Of a stretch of 64,000 nt of DNA, positions 32,600 to 44,650 are shown piece by piece (the stretch's first letter is position 1; each line of letters starts with the position of its first letter). Below the pieces are notes generated by a model, which searched no databases, had not been told where the DNA came from, and saw nothing but the letters and a program-made list of their open reading frames with translations. Location of the stretch: NCBI GenBank assembly GCA_004764695.1, contig SMSO01000036.1, positions 868,001-932,000 of the forward strand. The letters are read 5' to 3'. The position numbers and the translations under genes were made by a program. The DNA is from Schizochytrium sp. TIO01. Its lineage: Eukaryota > Protista > Bigyra: Labyrinthulomycetes.

Positions 32600-34048
32600 T
32601 TAAGCACTTGAAGATACCTCCTCCTTTCCTCCTAAAATAAAAATGTAGAGAATGAAAAGGGTTGCACAGGTTGAGACAATCCGTACTGATACCTTTTGAT
32701 CAGTGAGCCAAGTTGTTGCGGGCTTGTTTTTGTGCGAAACAGCAAAGAGGATGCACGCACTCCACATTGAGCAAGCTACAAAAACAGTAAAAAGTATTGA
32801 CCAGCCATATGTGCGGGAGATAAAAGCAGTGGCGTACGATTGGAAAATTGAGCCGCACGAACCGACAGAATTGATGAGACCAGCCAATGTTCCAATAGCC
32901 TTATACCCCATGGGCGAGGCAGAGCCAACATCTTGAGCTATTGTACCGGAAATAATTGAGTCTGGCCCAATCACAAGAATTCCAACAAGAAACATTGAAA
33001 CAGCATTTAAGGTCACGCCAGCGGAAGCTACTAGCGCACAAGCCATCAGCATAATAGACGCACCGGAGAGAAACCAAGCCGCAGTGAGATCCCGACGGCC
33101 TTGTAAAACTTGATCAGAGAACCAGCCAATGAGAGGTGTACCAACTAACCCACCAATTTCAAAGGAGGAACTCATGTAACCTGCAATAGATTGATCGAAG
33201 TGCAACCCTTCTTCGTAATAGTAAGGGAGCCACATCAACAGAGCATATCGTAAAAATTTCAGAAAAAAGTAGGCAATGCAAATCCACATAACACCAGGTA
33301 GCATTACCACCTTCATAAGAGAAACTGATTCCTCTGCGTTTACGTCTTCCTTGCCCTTGTTGTCTTCATAGTCACGCTTTGCTTCAAGGTCCACATTATT
33401 GTCAACAAAACGACTCTTAGGAGGTTCATCGCGAATAAAGAAATAACATACAACGCCCATGATCATCATGAGAGGAACATGGTATTGATACGAAGCGGTC
33501 CAAGAATAGTGTGACATAAAGTAGGTAGCCCATACAGCGCCAAGGATTCCACCCAAAGACTGACACGTTGTCCAGATTCCCATCACAAAGCCGCGGTTTT
33601 CAGTCACCCAGGAACCAACGATGCGAACGCATGTTGGCCAGCCGGCAGATTGGAAAAATGCATGGAGAACCTGGCAGCCTGCAAATTGCATTGGAGTATG
33701 CACCTGTGATTTGAGCCAACTGGTGCCAGCAAGACAAAACAGAGCTGCACATAACAATTTTCCGGAGTCAAGTTTATGGACACCACTTGCAGCAAGCGCC
33801 ATTGTACTTGAAGCATATACAATAAAGTATACTGTATCGAGCATTGCGAGGTCTTCGACAGAAAACCCTTCAGCCTCGTGCAGGGCAATTTTCACAACCG
33901 AGTCTGCCTTACGACTCAAGTAGAAGCATGCATACGTCAAGTATGAGCAAACAAGAATGACGCGACGCATTGAGCGCAACTCCATATCATAGGCTGATAC
34001 AGCGCTGCGCTTCAAGCTACCATCGTCGGATAGAGTATCGGACTTCAT
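32600..34048 (-). CDS. MFS sugar-phosphate/phosphate exchanger (SLC37/GlpT/UhpC family)
   Basis: YACFYLSRK, FQSAGWP, RGFVMGIWTTCQSLGGILG, FFLKFLRYALLMWLPYY, FEIGGLVG; about 12 TM helices. First ATG at 34048 (MKSDTL). Confidence 0.9.
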   Translation of the reverse strand: MKSDTLSDDGSLKRSAVSAYDMELRSMRRVILVCSYLTYACFYLSRKADSVVKIALHEAEGFSVEDLAMLDTVYFIVYASSTMALAASGVHKLDSGKLLCAALFCLAGTSWLKSQVHTPMQFAGCQVLHAFFQSAGWPTCVRIVGSWVTENRGFVMGIWTTCQSLGGILGAVWATYFMSHYSWTASYQYHVPLMMIMGVVCYFFIRDEPPKSRFVDNNVDLEAKRDYEDNKGKEDVNAEESVSLMKVVMLPGVMWICIAYFFLKFLRYALLMWLPYYYEEGLHFDQSIAGYMSSSFEIGGLVGTPLIGWFSDQVLQGRRDLTAAWFLSGASIMLMACALVASAGVTLNAVSMFLVGILVIGPDSIISGTIAQDVGSASPMGYKAIGTLAGLINSVGSCGSIFQSYATAFISRTYGWSILFTVFVACSMWSACILFAVSHKNKPATTWLTDQKVSVRIVSTCATLFILYIFILGGKEEVSSSA

Positions 34049-36019
34049 CTTCTCGCGAAAGCTTCTTCCAGTGGCCAACTTAAGAGCTCTCACTTGCTTT
34101 CTTTGTGATGGAGGCCCCAAAGTAAGGGTTCTGCCGGTGGACGAGCTACTTACTGTGTACTCCGCCTCAAAGTGGCAAAACCAAGAAACACGGCCAGACT
34201 CAGCTTTCAGTAGAATATAGATAAGCAATATGAGAAAGCGACGGTCGATGGTATCAAGACTGTATTCTTGCTTGCGAAATGAATTTGCTAAATGACCAAC
34301 AATTAGTTTGCAAGGATTTGAAGTCGCCGTGGTCGCCTACTAGGTAGGTAGATAATGAGCAGCCAGCCGGCTCCTGGTGCTATTACATATTACATTTAGG
34401 TACCCTATATTTATACCTAGGTAGATACCCTGCTATTGATCTGACGATAATGACTACCGAGTACTATAAAACTCCTTATATTGGCTGTTAGTAGCACTTA
34501 TCGCACAGGTAACACTGCGTTAGCTATCATTTTGGATTCCTTCAAGTGCATGCCCACTTTGATGACTTAGAGAGATACTGCACTTTGCTTACTGAGTTTA
34601 CGAAGACTCTGCTTATTTCATAATTAGCTGTGTTACTTGGATAGGTCAGGCTGCTCACCAAAACTTGAATATATAATTGATGAAGATAAAGTGGCTGAAG
34701 TAAGTATCGTGTACGAAACGGACTTAAAATCACGCACAGGCGCTCAGGCTCACTCGTCGGCACTTGCAATCATTTAAAAGTAAGAGCAGAGTATTAAGTA
34801 CAGACCGAAGCCCCAAAATTAAAGTTTAAGTTTACTTCGACCAATAGAGTACGCGATAACAGTTATTTGGAAGCTCAAGCAGCTTCAGTATCGCTATATT
34901 CTGCCCCATAAAATCCATTGTTTCTCATCGAACTTATGCACTTCAACTAACTTAGTAGGGATCAATTTTGGTGATCTTTTGACTACGATGGCAAATCATA
35001 AAAGGAGTCGGAGTAACCTATACGTATACTAATACTAATAATAATTATTATTATTCTCTTTTTTGGTTTTTGTTTTAAAATAAATTAAAATTCTAAATTA
35101 AGAAAAAAGGCTCGCTCACAGAAAATTGATTATCTTTGAACATTAAAACTTGTATTTTGACTAATCAAAATAGAGAAGAAGTCGTACTCTCACCTTCCAT
35201 GTTAACTTTTAGGAATTAACGTGATTACTCATAATACTAGCGCCATTGCCAGAGAGTATTCCTGTCAATCCTTTAACCTCTAACGTGCTATATCTTGCCT
35301 GAAACGCCGTCCTGTTTTAATAGTAACATTTTACCTAATATAAATATTGCTCGGCCGATGGGAGGCTTGGATTACAATAACGAAGCTAAAACGTTTAGTA
35401 CTTAATCACCTCTTGTCAAGCAACATTTTGACTAGCGCTACGATCGATAAATAATCCCATAGTTTAATTGAAAGGAAAAGTTGGAGGTGCCTAGCTAGGT
35501 AAGTGTACATTGTAGTAGGTAGCTCAAAACCCAATAACTCGTATCTACTATAACATATAGACTATTTAGAGTTATTGCAGGGTTGCTTGTGCTGTAAGCA
35601 TGCAGAGGTAGTCTGACAAGGCTAACTCAGGAGAAAGAGAAAGAGGATGATATATGAGTTATTGGGGTTTCGGGTCTGGATACAGGATTGATTATTTTAT
35701 TCCAATTAGACCCCTAATTTTATTTGTATTATTATTTGTTTTCACGATAACATCAATACGTACCAATACTCTCAAAACTTGGAGCCCAATATTTTACTAT
35801 TGCAATCAGGACTGGGGATCCTTTTACTTTGGTGAAAACTGATGTAAAAACAAAAACAGACAGCTCCATGTAATGGAGCCGATACTGCTAAAACACGCTT
35901 AATGCTACCTAGGTAGTATCTACATTAAGAAAAGAAAAAAAATGAGGTAAAATAGTCGCGAGTTGATGGGCAAGGTTACATAGTAATTCTAGTACCTAGG
36001 TACAAGCTCAAACACAGAG

Positions 36020-36600
36020 CTGATACTATAACCAGAGGTGATAGTTATTGCGTTGGATATAAGGTGAGTATATGGTCAAACATGGGAGCCAAATAATTGT
36101 CGTGAATGTGATTTCAATGATCGCTATTTACTCGTGCGGCTTGTCATGAAAATTCTGAGGCCCAAAGATTTTTTGGCCCGGTTTAAGTCCTTCTCAAATA
36201 AGCGAGATAGGTGATTTTGTTTCAAAACTTATACCCAGCATCTTGCGGAGAATTTTATCAACACGGCAAAGACTGAATAAGAAAACATCTCTTGAAAATG
36301 AAAGTTAGAAAAATCACGACACCCCTTTGAAAGATCTAGTTGTGTCGCACAAACTTCACGAGGGAGATTGAAGTCTGAGAATGCAGAAGGTAGGGTGCTC
36401 CAACGAAGTAAACATACTCCATCTACAGCTGAAAAGCCTAAATCCAGGGTAAATGCTGGGCGTAGATGTGTCATTTGCACACGTTTAATTATGGAAAGGT
36501 GTACCCTTTGTATGGAGACTGCTCACATGCCGACAAATCCCACGTATCCTAAGTACGAGATGTGTTGGGAATGGTTCATCATCAGAAGCAAGCTGTTAAA
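36020..36600 (+). mobile_element. piggyBac-like transposase C-terminal remnant
   Basis: KHTP...RRCVICTRLIMERCTLCMETAH...CWEWF matches the piggyBac C-terminal cysteine-rich domain pattern; upstream sequence is decayed. Confidence 0.5.
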
Positions 36601-37829
36601 TGTACCACTAACACCCCATTTTTTACACTTGAAGAATAATCGTCCGAATCCCCACATAAAATTTGGCCTATCTAAGGAGTTTAGTGATTCTTATAATATC
36701 ATGTCACTCCATCATTAAGCTAAATGTTTCAAACTCATACTATAGCACCATGAAGTAGACAATTTGAGGCAAAACTAATAAACCAAAAGACCGTCACGGC
36801 CAAGTAGGTATCTACCTAACTATCTCAAGAAAAAAGGAGCCTATCCGTATCGAGGGATTGTTTTGGTTTGAATTTTTCATCCAAGTTAAAAAAGTGTTCA
36901 TTCCCTCTAAAAGGTTTGCACTCATTATCTCCAACCCAACTAATTACCTAGAGGTTCGCTTGAACATTGATATGTTAGGACCTGGTAGTACTAGTTATTA
37001 TTAGTATTATTATTACTAGTAGTTAAACTACTGCTACTACTACTGCTACTACTACAACAACTACTACTACTACTACTTGAGGAAAACACCTAAAGCTCCT
37101 AAAAAAGAACTATAAGGTATTCGAAACTACTGCCATCCGAGTCTTCAATGCTAACTTTCCGTGTCAGAGGGCTTTCTGACTGGCCAGGTACACATATATC
37201 TATTTACGTAGTCCCAGACACTGTTTTGAAGCAACCCTACGTCACAGCTCGGATACCTACTCGCGATTTTGAAAAACTCAACTATACAGTGGATAAGTAG
37301 TAGGTAGGGGATGCCCAAAGGGAATCGACTTTTTATTATGTATCACCAAAGTAACTGGCCTAGGTAGTAGTATATACTGGGAATACTCAGCCCAGTACCT
37401 AATTATGGGTATTGTGTTCTCCTTGCAAGTGTCTAAGTACGATTATATTTAGTCAAGCATAGCTGCAAATATAGTTTGTGTGATCAGGCGGAGACTCTGG
37501 CGCCAAGTGGTGGCGAGGCTTTGCACGAACGTGCAGAAAGCCTTCTGTTGCTATATCTGCCTGTTCGCTCCTGAGTAATCAAATCACTTCTTCTAAAGTT
37601 GCTGAGAGGATTGCGATAAGTGGCGTGACACAAGAGAGGCGATCATAGACAAGCCTCTCTGTGATACAACTGCGAAGAAAAACAACTTAAGGCACCAAAA
37701 CAGTTAGCCTAAAGCAGGCAGTTCTTGCTTAGGCTTACTCAACTCTTCATATCTCCTTGATTCAAACCTTTTTCCTTCTTTACGAACTCCTTAGACAAGA
37801 TTGCCGAAAAACTCGTCCAAAACGGAAAC

Positions 37830-39338
37830 ATGATGGCAACCCGGACCCGTACGGGTCAACCTAGCGGCACTGGCACAACCATGTCACGACCCTCAAACAT
37901 GAATCAGGATTCATGCACGAGGTTTCCCACTAATTCCAAATATTCTCTGCTAGGCTTTGCGTTTCTCTTTGCGATTTTCTGGGTGCATACTTTCTCACTT
38001 CCTGGAGGCGTGCGTCATGATCAAGAGGAAAGCGGATTTCCCTTGATGACACTTATAGATAGTGAGAATGAAGAAGATCTGAACGACATCATTGACTTTA
38101 ATGAGGGAGATGAGAGAGATGATTCGAATAGTGACTTTGATAATGATACAGATCTTAACCCGAGTAATCTGGCCAGATTTGATGAGAATGGTTTCAAGAT
38201 TATTTATCGCCCACGAAAAAAGTCGGCTCCAGGTTCCGAGCGAGACACAACCTGGCAAGCGATTTCCAAAGACTTCATCTACCCCGAAAATAATACTGCT
38301 GCTCTCACAAGTGGTATGCCGCATCCTTACTCGCCTGACCAGTGTTTTGATCTTTGTGGTGAGACGATTTGCTCTGACGAAATGGAACGTCGCACAGACT
38401 TTACAAAGCGTGCAACGCCAACCTATCGTTCGCCTCGATGCCGTGAAAAGCTTAACATTCCCAAATATTTCATTATCGGCTACTCCCAATCAGGCACAAC
38501 ATTCTTTTCTGACGTCATTCGTAAGCATGACAATGTTCGTGCTGCCTGTCACAAAGAGATTCACTATTTCGATGTAACACTCTACCTGCGTGCTCAGTAC
38601 CATGTGAATCGGAAAGATCGTATGCGCAGCATTACTTCTTACTTTTATTGTTTTCGCCGTGTGGCTAATGATACTAACAAGATCATTGGCGATCACACTG
38701 TGAAAGCGATTTACACCGATGTTTGGTACCCATCATGGGTACGGGCTGTCAATCGCCACATGAAACTAATCGTTATCCTGCGAGATCCTACTAAGCGAAC
38801 CTACTCCCGGTTTTCTCAGCTTGGCGGAGGGCGAGGTTGCTTTCGAATCATTGAAAAGAGCCGCTGCAAAGTTATGCTCCCATATGTGGAGACTATGCTG
38901 AAGTATATCCGACTAAAGTGTCCTGAAGTGCAACCAGGGGGCGACCCAAGCGCGGTATATTCCTGCGGGTATAGTTTAGGCTCAGAAATAATTGACAATG
39001 ACACAATTATATCAGGTCTGTATGAGCACCACCTTCGTCATTGGTTGAATTTTTTTCCTCCTGAGCAATTCCTTCTCCTGGCTTCCGATGAGCTCTTTAA
39101 GAATACAGAAAAGACTATGGCTCGTGCAACAGACTTTCTGGGTCTGAATCGTTATCCACCTGGCAAGATAGCCCGCGTGACACAACAAATTGGCCATCAC
39201 ACACATACTCGAAACAAGGCCCCGCCAGATGAGCAAGCGATGCAACTGCTTCAGGAATTTTATGAACCATACAACATTAAACTCCGCGAGCTTCTTCAAA
39301 ATACATTTGACGTTGCTGAAGCCGATCTCCCTTTTTAA
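37830..39338 (+). CDS. Type II membrane sulfotransferase (HS3ST/CHST15-like), paralog 1
   Basis: N-terminal TM helix and acidic stem; PKYFIIGYSQSGTT (5'-PSB), KEIHYFD, KLIVILRDPTKRTYS (3'-PB), GLYEHHLRHWLNFFPPEQFL, LQEFYEPYN. Confidence 0.88.
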   Translation: MMATRTRTGQPSGTGTTMSRPSNMNQDSCTRFPTNSKYSLLGFAFLFAIFWVHTFSLPGGVRHDQEESGFPLMTLIDSENEEDLNDIIDFNEGDERDDSNSDFDNDTDLNPSNLARFDENGFKIIYRPRKKSAPGSERDTTWQAISKDFIYPENNTAALTSGMPHPYSPDQCFDLCGETICSDEMERRTDFTKRATPTYRSPRCREKLNIPKYFIIGYSQSGTTFFSDVIRKHDNVRAACHKEIHYFDVTLYLRAQYHVNRKDRMRSITSYFYCFRRVANDTNKIIGDHTVKAIYTDVWYPSWVRAVNRHMKLIVILRDPTKRTYSRFSQLGGGRGCFRIIEKSRCKVMLPYVETMLKYIRLKCPEVQPGGDPSAVYSCGYSLGSEIIDNDTIISGLYEHHLRHWLNFFPPEQFLLLASDELFKNTEKTMARATDFLGLNRYPPGKIARVTQQIGHHTHTRNKAPPDEQAMQLLQEFYEPYNIKLRELLQNTFDVAEADLPF

Positions 39339-40400
39339 AATACTGTTGCTATACAGGATGAAGGTAAAAGTGGCTAGTCACACGATTGCTTAGTAGAGAG
39401 ATAGTAGTTTGCTCTGTAAGCTTTCATATCTCTAGAATATTTTCTTTCGCTTAGACGATTTTGATCTCTGCTTTTACTTCATGCAAGGCTTGGCTTCTGG
39501 CTTGCTGCGAGTGCTGATTAACACGCTGCAAGCTTTATTGTGTGCCTTGCCTGCGTTGCTTGTTTAACCCCCAAGATTTGTAAGATTGTTGCTTTCTCAG
39601 TCTTTTAATCATCAACCATCATGCCGTAGCACAGCTAGCAGAGCTAATATGATTCAAAAGGAATTTAGATTCTTCTCTGGACATGTATTATTCATTATAG
39701 AAAATAATTCACCATAAACCTCTTATATACTAGGAAGAATAGTAACTCCGCGTTATGCCATACTCATTTCAAGATTTGTTGACAACTCAGACGAGTCAGA
39801 TACACCATGATCATAGTTTTCAACTCGTCAAATATACCTCGGGGAGGCTTTGCCAAGGTCCATTTTCTGACATTCAGCCAAGTACTTTTAATTTTTTTGT
39901 ACGATATGATCATCCTACATAGCTTGCCACAGGCTGGATGCTTTTCAGAATCGTATAACCAGTAACAAAACCGCGATATTTCTCTCAGACTATGACATTT
40001 ACATTAAAAGTATTGAACCAATTGAGATTATATTCTTCTGCGTGTATATGTTGTGTATATGTTGATGTGCAAAGTTCATGAATGACATCAAAATGATTCT
40101 TATTTTGTGGTGGTGGAATAAATTACTGGATTGGTCATTGGGGGAGTTTATCCTTGGAAACTAAGATCTTGTGTTCTAGGGCAGCTATCAGATTCAAGTT
40201 GGTGTCGAGTAAGGAAACACTCTTAGATTTCACGATATACTTAAAATCTGAAAATTGCCTTTCTTATTTTCCCCTTTTCTAAAAATATAATTCTTAGTTG
40301 CGCAGCATCACTCCTCGAGATTTCATCTCCTGCATGGATCAGCTTCTTGACACTCAGGAGTCGAATCGTTGCTTCTATTTTTCCTGTTATTTTTTTGTTC

Positions 40401-40445
<45 letters not shown>

Positions 40446-42160
40446 ATTTTTTTGGGGGGGGTCACATGTTTTATCGAGTACTTTTAGATGGTTAATGAAA
40501 CGTGGTTATGATTACTTAGAGGTATTTGGGGAAATGTCTTAGGTGGTAATAATTAGTTATTACTATGGCTAGGATTGTCTTGTAGAATGTGCTTGATAAA
40601 TTCAAGTGCTTCTGGTCGCTTTGGTATTTCGGGTCTGCCTGCAGGTTTTGCTTTGCAGACTCCTCTTGATGCTTGCTTGATTCCCTTCATTCCCTGGTTG
40701 ATTCCGGCGCAGTGTTGTACATCACCCATCATGCCATCATGAGGTTATCGAGTCTCTTAGATGGTAAAGAGAAGCGAAACAGAACATCCGAGACTGATGC
40801 TGGCATAAAATATTTCCTTTCTTCTAATTCTTTCGTCTTTCGTCTTTCGTCTATGGTTTGTCTTCAAATTCGTGTACTTCAAGCGCTGTCTCATCGCCAC
40901 AATTGTATTCGTAACCGACGCTAGCGATCCAAGAAATAATAAGCACGCAATTCGAAAACATCTTCCTTGGTCGTGGTATTTGCTTTTTAAAGAACAAATC
41001 AAATGTTTCTAACATGTGCAGATAAGGTTTGACGATGTGGTATTCGTCCTTTATGAATCGATGAACGTTTTGCTTCCTATCATGTGCTTGAGCTACTGGC
41101 TTTTACTAATAGTACGCAAAATTTGATCGGCACTTTTAGAGAAAGATTTACCACTATCAGACCGAGCGTGCAACCAAATTTGTCACTGCTGCTTAGAATA
41201 ATATATGCTTTCTGCACCTTTGAGGTGTTGGGCGGAGCTTGTTCTGATTGTACAAGGATTCTTGTTCTGAATCATATCTTGTTTGAATTAGAGGTATTTA
41301 TCTACTCTGCTACAATTCATGTATACAATCTTTGAGACTTCCCGTGCTACACTACTTTGTTTAGAAGTAGTAGGTAGCAACACCTACTAATCCCCACTCT
41401 CGCTACTCAGAGGTTACACGTTTTGGGTAAAAAAAACAAAGAAAACCCCTCATTAATTGGTCCTTTCACTTCAAGATCTGATACCAGTAGGACTAATTTT
41501 AAAAGAAAGAAGCTTGTAAGGAAGAATCTAGGCACTTCGTTGCTGTCCTAACATTTGTCTATCTTACCAATCCGAGTCTCCGGTGTCTGCTATGTAGAAA
41601 GTTAACTTAACCTGGTCTACCACTACGTACCTACTAGTAAATTGGACGGATATCCGATAGCCTGAGGAAGCCAAGAAGACCTCTGAATATTTATTCTAGG
41701 TCAGCACCACGTTCATTGAGATGAAGCAATTATTGATCATTCCTTGTGCGGTCCGCAGATATCTCATGCTGGTCAGAGGTATTGAGTTGAAATTTTTAGC
41801 AAGTCGGGTAAAATCTTATGTCACTATCTCAGTACCTACCCGTACCTACCCAGGTAGTAGTAGATTAGCAATTGTCAACTCTCACTAGTCAGCGGTAACA
41901 AGTTAAAATCTGGGTTAAAACTCTTGGCAAAACAATCATATTGCAGTTTTGCTAGTACGAATAAAAAACTGTGCGACTGCGTATACCGAGTATTGTTCTC
42001 CACATAAGCTTACTCCAAATTTACCATTCTTGCTCAGCAGCGACCTGGATAACTGACTAGTACTACCCACCTAATGAGTGATTGTTCTGACATAAGATTT
42101 TACCCAACTTGCTAAAATATTTCCCCTGACTAGAGAGTGATGCAATCGACAATTGCTAAT

Positions 42161-42200
42161 CTACTACTACCTAGGTAGGTAGATATGTACCTAGGTACTG
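42161..42200. promoter_or_regulatory. Double palindromic TACCTAGGTA motif ~150-180 bp upstream of sulfotransferase 2 (representative of a recurrent upstream motif)
   Basis: CTACCTAGGTAG and GTACCTAGGTAC; similar motifs lie upstream of most genes in the window. Function is inferred. Confidence 0.4.
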
Positions 42201-42344
42201 CTAATACGGTACGGAGAGAGACTGGCGAGAAGCAAAGGCATATTCACAAATTTTGGTTTTGGTCGACAGCCTCCTATTGTATTTGTAGCAAAGGGGGACC
42301 TGCGACCTATCTCTGTCCAAATCAATTTTACAGAGCCTTGCACG

Positions 42345-43838
42345 ATGAATCTTAATCTAAGTGATCGTAGGTCACCACAGAGAAGGCAAAGCTGCCCAAA
42401 GTTTTGCTACACGCTCGGCCTAGATGCTCGACCCAACGGGCTACCTTGCTCTAAGGGAGTACTCGTGTTTGCCCTTTCAACATTTGTGCTTACAAGTATC
42501 TTACTTACATTGTCGCGAGGCCCATCGAGTCTATCACTCCCAGATAGCTTGTATGGCGCTGAGCTTGGTGCCACAACTGAAGGCACCCATAACCTAGCTA
42601 TTACACAAGATAATCGTGTCGAGGGTAATGCTTCTGCTTTGTCTAACGATTATGACTCGGTATCACCCAGCTTTGAAACATCGTCACGTCCTTCCTGGGC
42701 AAACCCAGAAGAGAATCGTGGTACCTGGACTCAACTTAGTTTAAACTTTACTTACCCTGAGCATACTTCTGTTTGGAACACCAGTCTCATGCCCCATCCC
42801 AAAGGTCCTAATATGTGCTTTTCACTATGCAACCTTACAGAAGAGATATGTGCAAATGACCTGCCCAAATATATCGACCGTACTAGCCATCGCAATCCTC
42901 AAATTACTACACCAAAGTGCCCTAAACCCTACCCTCTTCCGTACTACGCAACAATCGGTTATTCCCAAGCTGGTTCTACATTCTTTACGGATGTTTTAAC
43001 GCTCCATGAAAACGTGGACCGAGCTTGTCGCAAAGAAATTCACTATTTCGACCATACTTTGTTTCACAGAGCTTATACCATACGAAAACATACTCCCCGT
43101 TTCAAAATTGCAGGCTACTCCGCATGCCTCCAGGGTCGTGGGCATAAACTTGCTAGTGGAAACGCAATTGTGGGTGATAACACAATCAAACAAATCTATG
43201 TGGATGCATGGCAGCCTGTGTGGTTAAAGGCTATAAACCCCGAAGTCAAACTTATGATTATCCTTCGCAATCCTGTAAAAAGGAGCTACTCTCGCTACAG
43301 CATGCGAGGAGGTGGAGCAGTATGCCATAATTTCCTAGACCCATCTGCTTGTGCGAGAAATTTTGATGCTTACGTTCCTGGGATAATTAGGTACATCAGA
43401 ACCAAATGTCCTTACCTTCTTCCCAGGGGAGACCCAGGCGAGGCTTATGCATGCGCAAATGCAGCTGACGAAAATGCTCGACGAGAAGATGTTGACACAG
43501 TTGTTTCATCAATGTATTATCACCACATTCGCCACTGGCTCAACTTTTTCCCCCCTGAGCAGTTCCTAGTTTTACAATCAGATCACCTCTTCGCCGATCC
43601 ATTTCGCGAAGTTAATCGCGCTCTCCATTTCCTCGGGCTTAACCCGTTTGAAAGAAGCGCTTTTGATACTTTGATGAAACAAAGTGTAACACGTTCTAAC
43701 AGTCACATTGGTCATGCGAAACAGCCGAAAGAAGAGACTTTGGCGCTCCTCGAGGCGTTTTTTCTACCTTTCATGGATCCTCTTTACGAAATGCTACATG
43801 ATGTCTTCGGTATTGATAATGTCTCGCTCAAACACTAA
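42345..43838 (+). CDS. Type II membrane sulfotransferase (HS3ST/CHST15-like), paralog 2
   Basis: TM helix; IGYSQAGST, KEIHYFD, LRNPVKRSYS, HWLNFFPPEQFL; colinear with paralog 1. Confidence 0.88.
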   Translation: MNLNLSDRRSPQRRQSCPKFCYTLGLDARPNGLPCSKGVLVFALSTFVLTSILLTLSRGPSSLSLPDSLYGAELGATTEGTHNLAITQDNRVEGNASALSNDYDSVSPSFETSSRPSWANPEENRGTWTQLSLNFTYPEHTSVWNTSLMPHPKGPNMCFSLCNLTEEICANDLPKYIDRTSHRNPQITTPKCPKPYPLPYYATIGYSQAGSTFFTDVLTLHENVDRACRKEIHYFDHTLFHRAYTIRKHTPRFKIAGYSACLQGRGHKLASGNAIVGDNTIKQIYVDAWQPVWLKAINPEVKLMIILRNPVKRSYSRYSMRGGGAVCHNFLDPSACARNFDAYVPGIIRYIRTKCPYLLPRGDPGEAYACANAADENARREDVDTVVSSMYYHHIRHWLNFFPPEQFLVLQSDHLFADPFREVNRALHFLGLNPFERSAFDTLMKQSVTRSNSHIGHAKQPKEETLALLEAFFLPFMDPLYEMLHDVFGIDNVSLKH

Positions 43839-44650
43839 GCCTGACACGACTGGATAATTCTGCACGAAGTACGTAAAATGAAAACTGCATCAGCTTACTC
43901 CCTTTAAGACCTGATTCTAACTTGAAGTTAAATGTAGATATCCACAACATCATCCAGACCAATATATATAATATATAAATGCCCACATATACTATTATCG
44001 TATTGTGGTCATGATAATTGCGCGGAGGATCTGAATAACGTTAGCTCGCGTCTACTGCTTTGATATTCTCTCAAATAGTTTGAAAAATATAATCGAACCT
44101 AAAGTTCTGCTTCTATTTCAATACATTTTTGGAAAGTACACTATATCACTGTCAAAATAGGGCCTTTCAAATAAAGTCTTAGTTGTAATTCGAAATCTTC
44201 ACATTTATATTGAATCTGATACTGATATAGAGTTCAGCGCATCAAATTATAGTTCGTGCAGTTGGCTATGGAGTACAATGAAATTTAAATGAGGGTAGTT
44301 CGCATATAGGCGTCATTACAAATATAATGAACAATACGAAGAATAGTATTGGTATTGATTGCCTCTTTTTTTTCTTTTTCTTTCCTCTCTCTCTTTCTAA
44401 ATCTACAGGCAATCAAATTCTAACAGGAACCAGGAGGAAGTATTTGTTATATCTTACTCTTCGTCGCAATAATAGGGGTTGCAATATGCGAGACTTATCT
44501 TTGGAGCAAGCATCAGGCAAGATAATTTTAATTCCTTATGAAGCTAGCGGCGGCTTCGTAGAATCTCATATATTTGTAATTATACCAAGTCTTTGAAAAA
44601 GATCTTGTTTAATTCTTTTATTTAAAAAAAATAGTTGATACTTCAACATT

